DNA of 64,000 bases from Armatimonadota bacterium (GTDB lineage Bacteria > Armatimonadota > UBA5829 > DSUL01). A program made the position numbers and the translations under genes. The notes under the pieces are model-generated. The model ran no database searches. It was not told the origin of the DNA and saw only the letters and a list, made by a program, of their open reading frames with translations. Below are positions 35,562 to 46,192 of the stretch, piece by piece. Location of the stretch: NCBI GenBank assembly GCA_039811685.1, contig JBDHZC010000001.1, forward strand, positions 896,001 through 960,000. Direction: 5' to 3'. Numbering within the stretch: position 1 is the first letter of the stretch; each line of letters opens with the position of its first letter.

Positions 35562-36844
35562 CGGCTGCCTCCGTGTCTAATCAGCGTCCCTCTTGCCGGA
35601 TGGCGCAATCCGTACCACTGTAGCGCCGATCCCAGCAGGACGAATATCGACCCAAGAACAAATACCCAACGGATGTCCCCTCCTCTCAGCCGCAGCGCAT
35701 GCGCAAGTCCTGAGCCTACAAACGGCGCGATAATTCCCCGCACGCCAAGCAACAGGCTGTGCATCCCCTGGTACTGCACGGCGTTGTGAGGAGAAGAGAA
35801 GTGCATAACGCTGTTGAAGTATGATAGCTCTATTCCCGCATTTATCACCCCCTGTGTCACCGCCATTGGAAGCAGCATCCACACCTGCGTCGCCAGAATG
35901 TGGTTCCAGGGGATAATCAGGCCGAGGAGGCTGTTGACGAGGACGATTTTCAACGGACTGATAGAATCCGTCAGACGCCCCCAGAACACATAGGAGAGCA
36001 TCCACACGATCTGAGAAACGTTCGTCAGAATGCTGATCCACCGGGATGAGATATGCAGATAATCCACCTGATAGATCGTCAACACCGGGATAATCATCAG
36101 ATTTCCGAAGCCATACACAAACACCGCCATCGCAAAGAAACGGAAACCCACGTCCTCTTTCACGAGACGAAGCGCGCCCAGAACAAACTCCCCCGGTGAG
36201 CCTTCCGGCGCGGCCGGCTGCTGTAGCGGAATCCGGATCAAAGAGTAGATGTACAATGCGGCGAACCCAAAGGGCGCATACAGCGCAAACACCCACCGCC
36301 AGCCGATCACATCCATCAAGACTCCGGAGAGAAAGGTGGCGAGGATCATCCCTCCGACCAGCACCACCCGCGTATAGCTAAGCAGGCGGCCAATGAATCT
36401 GGGAGGATAGATGAGGCGCAGAATTGTGGCGTGAGTGGGGAAGGGAATTGCGGACAGGCAGTTGACAGCAAAGACCGCCAGCGCAAACCAGAGGCCGCCA
36501 GTCGCCAGCGCCGCCAGAACCAGAAAGACGCGCGCGACCGTGTACCAAAGGGCGACATTGCGCACTGGCCGGCCGCTGGAGATCGTGTGGGTCAGCGGGA
36601 GAGCCAGGAGGCTTCCGACAAACGGACCCGCTGCGATAATGCTGAGTTCGGTTCCGCTGGCGTGAAAGTGGTCTCGGGCAACGAAGGCGGCAAACGGAGG
36701 GGTGCCGCCAATCCAAAGCCCACCAAAAGCCGAAATGAAGAGGTCTTTGCGAAAGTTGGACCGCGCGCGCCAGGGAACAAGACTTTCGAATATCGCAACG
36801 TCCTGCCGCAGCCCTGAATCCGCGCTACTCCTGGAACTCGACAA
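35558..36844 (-). CDS. MFS transporter
   Basis: About 12 TM helices in two halves; GVLMD..GWR and WGRLTD motifs. Confidence 0.88.
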   Translation of the reverse strand: MSSSRSSADSGLRQDVAIFESLVPWRARSNFRKDLFISAFGGLWIGGTPPFAAFVARDHFHASGTELSIIAAGPFVGSLLALPLTHTISSGRPVRNVALWYTVARVFLVLAALATGGLWFALAVFAVNCLSAIPFPTHATILRLIYPPRFIGRLLSYTRVVLVGGMILATFLSGVLMDVIGWRWVFALYAPFGFAALYIYSLIRIPLQQPAAPEGSPGEFVLGALRLVKEDVGFRFFAMAVFVYGFGNLMIIPVLTIYQVDYLHISSRWISILTNVSQIVWMLSYVFWGRLTDSISPLKIVLVNSLLGLIIPWNHILATQVWMLLPMAVTQGVINAGIELSYFNSVMHFSSPHNAVQYQGMHSLLLGVRGIIAPFVGSGLAHALRLRGGDIRWVFVLGSIFVLLGSALQWYGLRHPARGTLIRHGGSR

Positions 36845-38411
36845 GCTGCACCGTCTGCAGTCCTTCCACCGTCTTCAACTCCTTCATCAGCTCATCAGAC
36901 ACTGGGTCATCAACCGCCAGTACCATCACCGCCTGCTTGCCCTGCTCTTCTCTACCGACATGCATACCAGCGATGTTCACGTTGTGAGACCCCAGAATTA
37001 CGCCGACTTTTCCGATAACCCCCGGCTTGTCAAGGTGCTCCGAGACCAGGATACGCCCGTGCGGGATGATGTCGATAGCATAACCATCAATTGAGGTGAT
37101 CCGGATATCTCCGCGACCGAAGACAGTCCCGCTCACTTCACGCCTCTGCTTGTCTGTTTTGTAGGTGATGGTCATCAGATCCGTGTATTCCGGATGGGTG
37201 CTGGAGCGCGTCTCCTCGATGTGAATTCCCCGGCTCTCCGCCAGCAGCATAGCGTTGACGTAGTTGACATTCTCCGGTGTGACTGGCTGGAGAAAACCGA
37301 CCAGCGCCGCACGAGTGACCGCGCCTGTGTCCTCGGATGCGAGGCCGCCAAAGTAGTGAATCTCAGCAGCCTGAGCTCGCCCTTCCGTTGTTGAAACCGC
37401 CAGCGTACCCATAGCTTCGGCCAGCCTGATATATGGGGACAGAACAGCCATTTGCTCCGACGAAAGGGCCGGCATATTCACAGCGCTGCGGGGAGGATTG
37501 CCCGCCAGGACATCGACAATCTGCTCAGCGACGTCAATGGCGACGTTTACCTGGGCTTCTTTTGTGGAAGCGCCAAGATGTGGGGTGGTGACAGTCTGCT
37601 CCATCTTAATGAGCGGATGCTCAGGAGAGGCGGGCTCCTGTTCGTAAACGTCAATGGCGGCGCCAGCCACCTTCCCGCTTTCGAGAGCTCGCTCAAGCGC
37701 TTTCTCGTCAACAATACCGCCGCGTGCCGCATTGATAATGCGCACACCGTCTTTCATCTTCGCAAACTGTTCATCGCTGATCAGCTTTGTGGTTTGCGCA
37801 TTCTTGGGCAGATGCAGGGTAATGAAGTCACTGCGAGTGATGAGCTCGTCCAGATCAACCACTCGAACCCCGGCGCGCTGGGCGGCGTCGGCAGAGAGAA
37901 ATGGATCGTGCGCTATGACGTCCATCTCGAAAGAGAGAGCGCGGCGAGCAACCTCCCGGCCGATCTTACCAAAGCCGACAATACCCAGAGTCTTCTTGTA
38001 GAGCTCGACTCCGACGTACTTGCTGCGCACCCACTGCCCCGACTTGAGCGCGCATGTTGCGGCGGGAATATTCCTGGCCATCGCGAGGAGCAGCGCCATG
38101 GTCAGCTCGGCAGCCGCAATAGTGTTGCCGCCCGGTGAGTTAACGACGACAATTCCGCGCCTGGTCGCCTCCGGAACATCGATATTGTCCACCCCGACGC
38201 CAGCCCGGCCGATAATTTTCATGTTTGTGGCGGCAGCCAGCACCTCGGCAGTCACCTTCGTTTCGCTGCGCACAGCAAGAGCGTCATAGCCGCCAACTAT
38301 CGAAATGAGCTCTTCTTTGGAGAGCCCGGTTTTGACGTCCACGTCCGCGTGTTTGCTGAGGATGTCTATTCCTCTTTGCGCGATTGGATCGCTGACAAGC
38401 ACTTTAGCCAT
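36825..38411 (-). CDS. serA: D-3-phosphoglycerate dehydrogenase (long type, ASB + ACT domains)
   Basis: RAGVGVDNID, GFGKIG, NAARGG, TPHLGAST.EAQ, DKPGVIG...NIA. Confidence 0.97.
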   Translation of the reverse strand: MAKVLVSDPIAQRGIDILSKHADVDVKTGLSKEELISIVGGYDALAVRSETKVTAEVLAAATNMKIIGRAGVGVDNIDVPEATRRGIVVVNSPGGNTIAAAELTMALLLAMARNIPAATCALKSGQWVRSKYVGVELYKKTLGIVGFGKIGREVARRALSFEMDVIAHDPFLSADAAQRAGVRVVDLDELITRSDFITLHLPKNAQTTKLISDEQFAKMKDGVRIINAARGGIVDEKALERALESGKVAGAAIDVYEQEPASPEHPLIKMEQTVTTPHLGASTKEAQVNVAIDVAEQIVDVLAGNPPRSAVNMPALSSEQMAVLSPYIRLAEAMGTLAVSTTEGRAQAAEIHYFGGLASEDTGAVTRAALVGFLQPVTPENVNYVNAMLLAESRGIHIEETRSSTHPEYTDLMTITYKTDKQRREVSGTVFGRGDIRITSIDGYAIDIIPHGRILVSEHLDKPGVIGKVGVILGSHNVNIAGMHVGREEQGKQAVMVLAVDDPVSDELMKELKTVEGLQTVQLVEFQE

Positions 38412-38459
38412 AAGTCTTCTGAAGCCTCCCTTGAGTTTTTCGCCAAAACCAGGCCCACA

Positions 38460-39248
38460 CTACAGGGCCATCACACGCAGAGTTGCCCCCGAACGAATGC
38501 CTAACTCGCGCGCGGCCGATCCGCCTGGCACCGCAATCTCGAGATGTCCCGAACTGCCAAGCAGCGCGGCAGGTCTGCCCCAACCCGCCTGCACATAATA
38601 GTCAAATACACCATCCAGCCGTCTGCCGCCTATTTCGACGGAGAAATCCTTGCTGCCTCTTAGCATCTCAGATCGAATGTTGCTGATAGCATTGCCAAAA
38701 TGGTCAATGTGAACTATCTGACCGTGCAAGACTCCACACTCATCGCGCGATGCTTCAAGTCCATCCAGTACCACTGGAGCGGTAATTGCAGGACCTACAG
38801 CCTGGACACTGCCGCCACACGCCAGATACGCTGCAAGCGGGCCCATAATGTCTCGACCGTGGAATGTTTGTGATATGTTTCGCAAATGCAGCCGCTCGTC
38901 CTCCAGGCAATACGCTGAAAATGCGCCCTCCCTGAACACGTAGGACAGCAGCCCGTTGTCCGGGGCGACGAACAGGTGACCCTCCACCGTAGCGGCCAGG
39001 ATTTGTCGCTGTGAGCCGACTCCCGGATCGACAACTGCGAGATGCACAGTGCCCTGGGGATAGTGACGCCAGTACGTGCTGAGCACGTAAGCAGCGGACA
39101 AGACATCCTGAGGAGCGATATGATGACAGGCATCAACGACACGGGCGCGCGGCGCGGCTGTGGCTATCACTCCTTTGACAGACGCGACATATCCGTCAGA
39201 TGTCCCAAAGTCAGAGAGAAAAGTGATTAAGCGCTCAGGACTCTGCAA
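38460..39248 (-). CDS. SAM hydroxide adenosyltransferase (DUF62, SAM hydrolase)
   Basis: ITFLSDFG..DGYV, VVDPGVGS.R, APDNG, TFHGRD, IDHFGN. Confidence 0.92.
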   Translation of the reverse strand: MQSPERLITFLSDFGTSDGYVASVKGVIATAAPRARVVDACHHIAPQDVLSAAYVLSTYWRHYPQGTVHLAVVDPGVGSQRQILAATVEGHLFVAPDNGLLSYVFREGAFSAYCLEDERLHLRNISQTFHGRDIMGPLAAYLACGGSVQAVGPAITAPVVLDGLEASRDECGVLHGQIVHIDHFGNAISNIRSEMLRGSKDFSVEIGGRRLDGVFDYYVQAGWGRPAALLGSSGHLEIAVPGGSAARELGIRSGATLRVMAL

Positions 39249-39254
39249 AGCGCC

Positions 39255-40025
39255 CTAGACCTCTATCTCAAGACGCAGCCCATCGTAGGCCATAAAGACA
39301 CCCTCCGGCAGGGCCTCCTGTGTCTGTTGATGCCCGAGATCATGCGCAATGTGCGTGAAGTAGGTGCGTTGTGGTTGAATCTGGTCGAGAAGATCGAGCG
39401 CTTCTGAAACGCAAAGATGTGTCGGATGTGGACGCTGACGCAAAACGCCCAGGGCCAAGGTGTCCAGCCCTCTCAAACGCTCAAGGGCTGGATATGGAAT
39501 AGTCTTGACGTCGGTGACGTAGGCGAAGCTGCCCACGCGAAGCGCCGTTACGCCCGTCTTGCCATGCAGGACTGTCAGAGGCTCCACTGGCAGTCCAGCG
39601 ATATCCGCCATTCCGTTCAGCTCAACAAGCTCAAGGATAGGAAGCCCCCCTCCGTAATGCTGGGAGCCGAAAGCGTACCGGAAAGTCTGGCGAACCTCGG
39701 AAAGTGTCTCTGAAGACCCGTAACACTCGATAGCGCCGTCAGTGATAGCGTTGAAGCGCCTGATGTCGTCAAGTCCCATAATATGATCTGCGTGATGGTG
39801 TGTGAACACCACAGCATCAACGCGATTGACCCCGTACCGGATACAGCTCAGGCGCAACTCGGGAGGCGTATCCACAAGGACGCGGTGTCCGTTTGCGCTT
39901 AGCAGGACAGAGGGACGATTGCGTCTGTCTCGCGGGTCGCTCGAAGAGCACACGGCGCATTCGCATCCGATCATCGGTACGCCGTGGGACGTACCGGTTC
40001 CGAGAAAAAGAACCTCCAGAGTCAC
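39255..40025 (-). CDS. PhnP-like MBL-fold metallo-hydrolase
   Basis: LGTGTSHGVP.IGC.C.VC, THHHADH, YVTD, HPTH, THIAH, AYDG. Confidence 0.92.
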   Translation of the reverse strand: MTLEVLFLGTGTSHGVPMIGCECAVCSSSDPRDRRNRPSVLLSANGHRVLVDTPPELRLSCIRYGVNRVDAVVFTHHHADHIMGLDDIRRFNAITDGAIECYGSSETLSEVRQTFRYAFGSQHYGGGLPILELVELNGMADIAGLPVEPLTVLHGKTGVTALRVGSFAYVTDVKTIPYPALERLRGLDTLALGVLRQRPHPTHLCVSEALDLLDQIQPQRTYFTHIAHDLGHQQTQEALPEGVFMAYDGLRLEIEV

Positions 40026-40240
40026 TCTTCACCCCCAGTCCGCGATGCGGGCCGCCGGTGTGTGCGCGACATTCGATCTTCGGCGATCAGACGGGCTAAC
40101 TCGGCGTAAGGGTCCACGGGAGGGCCTTCTTTGTGGTAATCATCAATGCGCTCATTAAGCTTATGAGCTCTGGCAACAATCTGTTTCAGCAAGACGCCGA
40201 TCACCGCCAGGCCAATGACAAGGAAAAGGACAAACAGCAT
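40022..40240 (-). CDS. Small single-pass membrane protein
   Basis: N-terminal TM helix; stop overlaps the next GTG (GTGA). Confidence 0.6.
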   Translation of the reverse strand: MLFVLFLVIGLAVIGVLLKQIVARAHKLNERIDDYHKEGPPVDPYAELARLIAEDRMSRTHRRPASRTGGEE

Positions 40241-40494
40241 TTCAAGTATCAGGTGATTTCTCCTGGTGACATCTCAATCGAACACATGAAGCTCTACGTC
40301 GCCAACGGTAATAACGTTCATCCAACGAACAGAAAGGGCTCCGCGCCAGTCTACGATATGGTAGAATATTCTGAGACTGCAGGCTGATGAGCTGACATTC
40401 ACCGGCCGGGCTAACCTTTTCTAACTACACTGAGGATATTACCATCGGATTGTCGTCCTGTGGCGCTGACGCTCACGCTTCCCGCGGCGCCCAT

Positions 40495-42717
40495 ATGTGC
40501 TGGCTGATACCCTTTCTGACAGCGCTTGTACTGGCGCTGAGCAGTGTTGTGTACGCAGGGCAGCCCATCATCGTCACTATGCGTAAGGCAGATGCGCGTC
40601 CTGGCGCACCTGTGCAGATGAGCGCCCAGGTGAAAAAGAAGCTTGGTAACCTCAGGCCAGCCTTCAGGCCAAAAAACAAAGCGCTGGCTGCGCAACTCGG
40701 CCTGGACCGCATCTACATTGCCGAAGGCTCAAATACGGCCGACCTGCCCACCATCCGGAAAGACCCCGCGGTCGAGTCGGCTCAGACATCTCAGAATGTG
40801 AGGCTGGCGGCTGTCCCAAACGACCCCAAGTTTCCCGATCAGTGGCATCTGCGGAACACTGGACAGGACGGCGGCACGGTTGGCGCAGATATCCACGCAG
40901 TTCCAGCGTGGAACATAGCCACCGGACTTTCTTCCATCACGGTAGCAGTAGTTGACACAGGAGCGGATCTTCAGCACCCTGACCTGCAGCCCAACATCTG
41001 GACAAACGTCCATGAGATTCCCGGCAACTCGATTGACGATGACAGCGACGGATATGTGGACGACGTTCACGGCTGGAACTTTACCGCGACCAGCGCCCAG
41101 ACGCCATACGGCAACAACAACCCACAGGATGACCACGGTCATGGCACTAGCTGTGCCGGACTCGTTGCGGCGGTAGGCAACAACGGAATCGGGGTGACCG
41201 GTGTAAGCTGGAACAGCAAGATCATGCCCGTGAAGGTAGTCAAGGCCGACGGCCAGGGTGAGGATATCTGGGTTGCGCAGGGCATCATTTACGCTGTGGA
41301 CGCCGGTGCGGATGTCATCAGTGTAAGTCTGGTTATGGACACAGACGTCCCGGCCGTTCACAGCGCCGTAACCTACGCCATTTCCAGCGGCGTAACTGTG
41401 GTTGCGGCGATGGGCAATGACAACTCCTCAACCATTCGGTTTCCAGCGGCGATCCCGGAAGTGATTGCAGTCGGCAGCACTGATCACAATGACAAACGAT
41501 CATGGTTTTCCAACATCGGCACCCACATTGACGTTGTAGCGCCCGGTTCCGACGTCGTGACAACGGCTCTGGGAAGCATCGCAAATCCTGCCGCGACAAC
41601 TAATTATTTTACAGGAACCTCTGCGTCCACGCCGATTGTCGCGGGAATGTGCGCTGTGGTTTTGTCCGTCAACAACACTCTGTCGCCGAACCAGATGCAG
41701 AATCTGATACGTCAGGGAGCTGACGATCTTCCGCCTTACGGGTTTGACATCAGTACTGGCTACGGACGAGTGAACCTGTACGCCACACTGCTGGCGCTGC
41801 TCGACACATCGCCACCAAGCACGCCCGCAGTCTCGGTTGCAGATCCTTATACTTCCAGCAGCTCGTCATTGACCTTCAGTTGGACGGCATCTACGGACGC
41901 CGAGAGCGGAATTGTTGGCTATGAGTATGCAGTTGGCACAACGGCGAATCCTCAAGTCATCCGTAGCTGGACGCCCGTGGGCATTGCGAGTGATTACACC
42001 GCGCTCGGACTCAACCTTCAGCCCGGTCAGCCCTATCAAATATCCGTGCGAGCGCGCAACGGCGCTCATCTGCAGAGTGCCTCCGGTGTGTCGCCTTCCG
42101 TGATCTATGCGCCTCCCGTCTCCTCCATCGGTGAAGCGCGCGGACTGGACTATCACACATATGTCACTGTGCAGGCGCGCCGCGTCACCGCCAGTTTCCC
42201 CGACAGAATGTGGCTCTCTGAAGTTGATAGAAGCTCCAGTATAGCCGTAGAGGGCTCCTTTGGAGTGGATGATGGGGATGTTGTCACGGCCAGCGGCTGG
42301 CTGGATAACTCAGGCTGCTTCTTGACACTCAAGGACGCCGACGTGCAGGTGCTAAGTCCAGCCACGCCTTTGCGCCCACTCTTAATAAAGCAGAAAAGCC
42401 TCGGAGGGCAGGCGCTCAACTCTTCCGTTGGCGGTGTAACAAACGGGTTTGGCCTCTACAACATTGGTATGCTTGCTACCGTCTGGGGAAAGGTTTCTGA
42501 CCCGCAGTGGACGACATTCATTGCGGATGACGGCTCTAACGCATCTGCTTCGGGTGGGCAGACGGGGGTGAAGGTGCTGGCGGACGGCTACACAATCCCT
42601 GGTGCGGGCGCCTTTGTGACTGTGACGGGCATTGTCGAGTGTGAAAATCAGAACGGTACAGTCTATCCCGTTATCCGCGTGCGAAAAGAGAGCGACATCG
42701 CCCCCCAAACCCCGTAG
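40495..42717 (+). CDS. Secreted S8 subtilase with FN3-like domain and a conserved C-terminal domain
   Basis: Signal peptide; VVDTG, HGHGTSCAG, AAMGN, GTSASTP catalytic motifs; Ca-binding GNSIDDDSDGYVDD; WTASTDAESGI FN3 domain. Confidence 0.94.
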   Translation: MCWLIPFLTALVLALSSVVYAGQPIIVTMRKADARPGAPVQMSAQVKKKLGNLRPAFRPKNKALAAQLGLDRIYIAEGSNTADLPTIRKDPAVESAQTSQNVRLAAVPNDPKFPDQWHLRNTGQDGGTVGADIHAVPAWNIATGLSSITVAVVDTGADLQHPDLQPNIWTNVHEIPGNSIDDDSDGYVDDVHGWNFTATSAQTPYGNNNPQDDHGHGTSCAGLVAAVGNNGIGVTGVSWNSKIMPVKVVKADGQGEDIWVAQGIIYAVDAGADVISVSLVMDTDVPAVHSAVTYAISSGVTVVAAMGNDNSSTIRFPAAIPEVIAVGSTDHNDKRSWFSNIGTHIDVVAPGSDVVTTALGSIANPAATTNYFTGTSASTPIVAGMCAVVLSVNNTLSPNQMQNLIRQGADDLPPYGFDISTGYGRVNLYATLLALLDTSPPSTPAVSVADPYTSSSSSLTFSWTASTDAESGIVGYEYAVGTTANPQVIRSWTPVGIASDYTALGLNLQPGQPYQISVRARNGAHLQSASGVSPSVIYAPPVSSIGEARGLDYHTYVTVQARRVTASFPDRMWLSEVDRSSSIAVEGSFGVDDGDVVTASGWLDNSGCFLTLKDADVQVLSPATPLRPLLIKQKSLGGQALNSSVGGVTNGFGLYNIGMLATVWGKVSDPQWTTFIADDGSNASASGGQTGVKVLADGYTIPGAGAFVTVTGIVECENQNGTVYPVIRVRKESDIAPQTP

Positions 42718-42729
42718 AGCTTATCTCTA

Positions 42730-43776
42730 CTAGAGCGTTACAACAGCCCGAATCACTCCGTCTCTGCGTTGTCTTGCGATCTCGAACGCATCCACCGTGT
42801 TTTCCAGCGGAAAACGGTGCGTCACGTAGGATGACAGGTCAATCTGATGAGAGGCGCACCAGTCAAGGGCTCGTTGAGTGGCGTTTCGGCTGCGGCGGAC
42901 AAACTGGATACTCAGACTCTTGCGCCGTGCGACAGACGCTGTGAAGTGTACTTCATCCGGGTAAGGAATCCCCGCAATGACGAGGCGGCCGTTATAGTCC
43001 ACAAGCTGAACACCTTGTTCGACAGCGTCATTTGTACCGGCGCACTCAAACACAAGTGCGGGGCCATGTCCGCGATTTTCTCCCTTGATTGCCTCAAAGG
43101 CCGTTCCGCCGTCTGTCGCAATCACACAGTCCGCGCCCAGCTTCCTGGCCAGAGCGCAGCGCTCTTCCAGAGGGTCCACAACCCAGATGCGCCCCGCTCC
43201 CATCACACGGGCTGCCTGCAGCACGGATAGCCCGATAGCCCCGGCTCCAAGGATTGCAGTGTCCTCTCCATTCGCCATCTCTGCTAGATCAACCGCATAA
43301 ATGCCCACCGCCATCGGCTCGGTCATGGCGGCCTCTTCTGCACTCAATCCGTTTGGCGCTTTGAGGCAAAGATCGGCTGGCCAGGCCACATACTCCCTCA
43401 GCGCCCCGTCAACCGGAGGCGTCCCGAGAAATCGTACTCGCGGGCATAGATTGATGAGTCCGCGTCTGCACAGATCACATTCCCCGCAAGGATTGCCAGG
43501 CTCAACCGCCACAGTATCTCCCACTTGGAGGCCTGAAACATTCTCTCCGACTGCAGCGACCTCTGCACCAACTTCGTGACCGAGGACTAACGGATGCTCG
43601 ACGACGGCGTCCCCTATGCCTCCTTCGTTATAGTAGTGTACGTCAGACGCGCATATACCCACGGCTTTGATGCGCAGCAGCACTTCGTCTGGCTTAACGG
43701 AGGGCACCGATTCTGTTGACAGTCGAATGTCCCCGGCGGCAAACAAACGGGCGGTCTTATTAGTATTTGAAGGCAT
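42730..43776 (-). CDS. Zn-dependent sorbitol/iditol-dehydrogenase-like alcohol dehydrogenase
   Basis: GICASDVH, LGHE, CGECDLCRRG.INLC, GAGAIG; GGAGA RBS. Confidence 0.92.
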   Translation of the reverse strand: MPSNTNKTARLFAAGDIRLSTESVPSVKPDEVLLRIKAVGICASDVHYYNEGGIGDAVVEHPLVLGHEVGAEVAAVGENVSGLQVGDTVAVEPGNPCGECDLCRRGLINLCPRVRFLGTPPVDGALREYVAWPADLCLKAPNGLSAEEAAMTEPMAVGIYAVDLAEMANGEDTAILGAGAIGLSVLQAARVMGAGRIWVVDPLEERCALARKLGADCVIATDGGTAFEAIKGENRGHGPALVFECAGTNDAVEQGVQLVDYNGRLVIAGIPYPDEVHFTASVARRKSLSIQFVRRSRNATQRALDWCASHQIDLSSYVTHRFPLENTVDAFEIARQRRDGVIRAVVTL

Positions 43777-43838
43777 GGTATTCTCCAGAGAGGTTGTAGC
43801 CACAGGGATTGTAGCCACAAATGCAGGTGATGGAGGAT

Positions 43839-44765
43839 CTAGGAGAAACCTGCGGTACTCAGCAGCTCTTCAACCTGAGCGCGAGCAGGCATGGACGGCT
43901 GAGCGCCGAGTCGAGTGACGGAAATGGCTGCAGCGGCGCTGGCAAAGACAGCGGCTGTCTCAAGAGACTGTCCCTCGGCTATGGCCACAGCAAGTGCGCC
44001 GTTGAAAGCATCACCAGCGGCTGTCGTATCCACTGGATCAACCCGAAAAGCAGGGATTTCCAGGAGTGTCTGCTTGTCCACTATCAGGCAACCCTGAGCG
44101 CCAAGAGTGACTACAGCGCGCGTGCATCCTAGACTCTGAAGCCCTTCTGACAGACGTGACGGCGACATCTCTTTCTCGGCGGGCAGTCCGCACAGAGTTG
44201 CGACTTCTGTGCGATTGGGTGTGATGAGACCGACGCTAGAGAGGAGTTCAGCGGGAAGCGCACGGGCGGGCGCTGGATTGAGAATAACCTGCGTTCCAGT
44301 TTCAGATGCCAGTTCAACAGTTGCAGCCACGGTCTCAAGGGAAATCTCAAGCTGTAGAAGAACCAGGTCAGCTTGTTCGAAGGCAGCGCGTGCTCTGAGC
44401 ACGTGCTGAGGCACTAGATGACTGTTCGCACCCGGCGCGACAGCGATCGCGTTTTCACCGGATTCCTCTACGCAGATCAGGGCGACTCCCGAAGGGGCGC
44501 TACCGTCCCGCACAAGGTATCTGGTGTCAATACTCTCCTTGCGGAAGGCGTCCTCTGCCGCATCGCCAAAAGGGTCGTGCCCGAGGCAGGCGACAAACGT
44601 TACTGACGCGCCGAGACGAGCTGCCGCTACTGCCTGATTGGCGCCTTTTCCTCCGGCGACCATGGCCAGGTCACCCCCGATGACCGTCTCGCCCGGACGC
44701 GGAATATGCGGGCATGTGACAACCATGTCGGTATTAGAACTCCCGACAACGACAATCCCGGCCAC
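43839..44765 (-). CDS. rbsK: Ribokinase
   Basis: GSSNTD, GGKGANQAVAAARLG, LNPAPA, DTTAAGDAFNG. Confidence 0.93.
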   Translation of the reverse strand: MAGIVVVGSSNTDMVVTCPHIPRPGETVIGGDLAMVAGGKGANQAVAAARLGASVTFVACLGHDPFGDAAEDAFRKESIDTRYLVRDGSAPSGVALICVEESGENAIAVAPGANSHLVPQHVLRARAAFEQADLVLLQLEISLETVAATVELASETGTQVILNPAPARALPAELLSSVGLITPNRTEVATLCGLPAEKEMSPSRLSEGLQSLGCTRAVVTLGAQGCLIVDKQTLLEIPAFRVDPVDTTAAGDAFNGALAVAIAEGQSLETAAVFASAAAAISVTRLGAQPSMPARAQVEELLSTAGFS

Positions 44766-44777
44766 GTCAGCAGACGC

Positions 44778-45260
44778 TCATTTCTTGTTGCGATACTTGA
44801 TCTTGACCAGCTCAGAGGTTACCTGGTTAAGATACATTTTCTGCGGGTCCTTGTCGGTTGACCACAACGAGACATTCAAAGACGCATCCTGCGCGCCGCC
44901 GACGGATGGCGACTGTTGGGCTGCGTAGTTGCCCTTTTCTGTGCGCACCGTGACTTTTACACCTGCAATGTCCTTCTGCACGTTTACGATACCACGCCAG
45001 ATGTCAACGCTGCGCTTTTCACCAGAGCTCTGCCCTTCCTGAATGTTGACCGTTCCCTGCGTCCACGCGGTAATAATCTTGCCGCTGTCCTTGTCGGCCG
45101 TGACAGGGTCCTGACCGGTCAAATTCTTTGCGGCTGTCAATGCCGCCTGCCATACCTGATCGTAGTCAGCGCTGTAGGTACGGCTGACCGGACTCGACTT
45201 GCACCCGGTGATCAGCAGCGTTCCCAGCGCCACGGAGATTAGCATTGCGACTGTTCTCAC
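44778..45260 (-). CDS. Lipoprotein with a BamC/NlpB-like helix-grip domain
   Basis: Lipobox LITG-C; RTY.ADYDQVWQAA...ADKDSG.I.T.W pattern; GGAGG RBS before GTG. Confidence 0.65.
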   Translation of the reverse strand: MRTVAMLISVALGTLLITGCKSSPVSRTYSADYDQVWQAALTAAKNLTGQDPVTADKDSGKIITAWTQGTVNIQEGQSSGEKRSVDIWRGIVNVQKDIAGVKVTVRTEKGNYAAQQSPSVGGAQDASLNVSLWSTDKDPQKMYLNQVTSELVKIKYRNKK

Positions 45261-45379
45261 GGTTCCTCCCTTACGATATCGAAAAAACTGTGCATCCTGA
45301 TGCGAACCCACTTACTGTCTGAGATACCCAAATCCTGCCGCTCCCTGTGGCGCACCCTCAGGAGCGCATCGGCTCTTTG

Positions 45380-46192
45380 TCAGACGAGGGCAATAGACTC
45401 CTTCTGAAGTTCTGTCAGAATCTCCTGACGCAGATCTCTGAGAAATGCATCTTGCCTGGCAGAAGGTACCCGGCCAACCACTTTCAGAGTAACTTTAGTC
45501 GCATCAAAGGAGGCGACACCCTGACAGGCGTATGGCTGTGACAGTCCAAATCGGCGCGAGACCTCAGCGGCGGCCTTATCCAGCGCTTCGCAGGCGGTCC
45601 GTAGATCAGTTTGCGCGGACACGCTCACTTCGAGCGGGACGATCAATTCGTTGCGCGAGTGGTTGCATACAGAGGTGATGTCACCGTTGGAAAAGATGAA
45701 GAGCTTGCCCTGGGAATCAAGCAGACGCGTCGTGCGAAGACCGACTTCACAGACTGTGCCGGTTGTGCCTGAGATCGTCACGATCTCGCCCACGGCGAAC
45801 TGATTCTCAAGCAGGATGAAGAATCCGTTGATAACGTCCCGCACCAGCTTCTGCGCGCCGAAGCCAATGGCCAGTCCCGCGACACCCGCCGCAGTAATGA
45901 GCGGAACAGGATCGACACCAATCGCCCGCAGCGCCATGATCGCCGACACCAGTGCCAGCACATAAAGCAGGGTGCTGCGCACAAGTTCACTCAGTGTTTT
46001 CAGCCGGCGGGTGCGGACTGGATCATCCTGCAACCCGGCAACTGGGCGAATGATTCTCGCTGATACATGGACGATCAGCCACCGCAGGAGCAGATACAAC
46101 GCCAGGACGATGAGCAGATCGACGCCGTGCTCCATCAACCGGACTGTGACCTTTTTCCAGTAACCCTCAGGCAGCAGAACGGCCAAAATCAT
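45380..46192 (-). CDS. Small-conductance mechanosensitive channel (MscS family)
   Basis: AGVAGLAIGFGAQ.LVRD.INGFFILLE.QF.VG, GLRTT.L, N..I...NHSR. Confidence 0.93.
   Translation of the reverse strand: MILAVLLPEGYWKKVTVRLMEHGVDLLIVLALYLLLRWLIVHVSARIIRPVAGLQDDPVRTRRLKTLSELVRSTLLYVLALVSAIMALRAIGVDPVPLITAAGVAGLAIGFGAQKLVRDVINGFFILLENQFAVGEIVTISGTTGTVCEVGLRTTRLLDSQGKLFIFSNGDITSVCNHSRNELIVPLEVSVSAQTDLRTACEALDKAAAEVSRRFGLSQPYACQGVASFDATKVTLKVVGRVPSARQDAFLRDLRQEILTELQKESIALV

Noticed and set aside
38460..39248. SAM-dependent fluorinase or chlorinase
   Set aside because: It retains the Asp-Arg-His triad (VVDPG, GSQR, TFHGRD) of DUF62 SAM hydrolases, and no halometabolite cluster is nearby.
39255..40025. 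C-P lyase or PQQ pathway inferred from two PhnP-like MBL genes (here and 7207-8028)
   Set aside because: No phnG-M or pqq genes are present; both look like stand-alone hydrolases.
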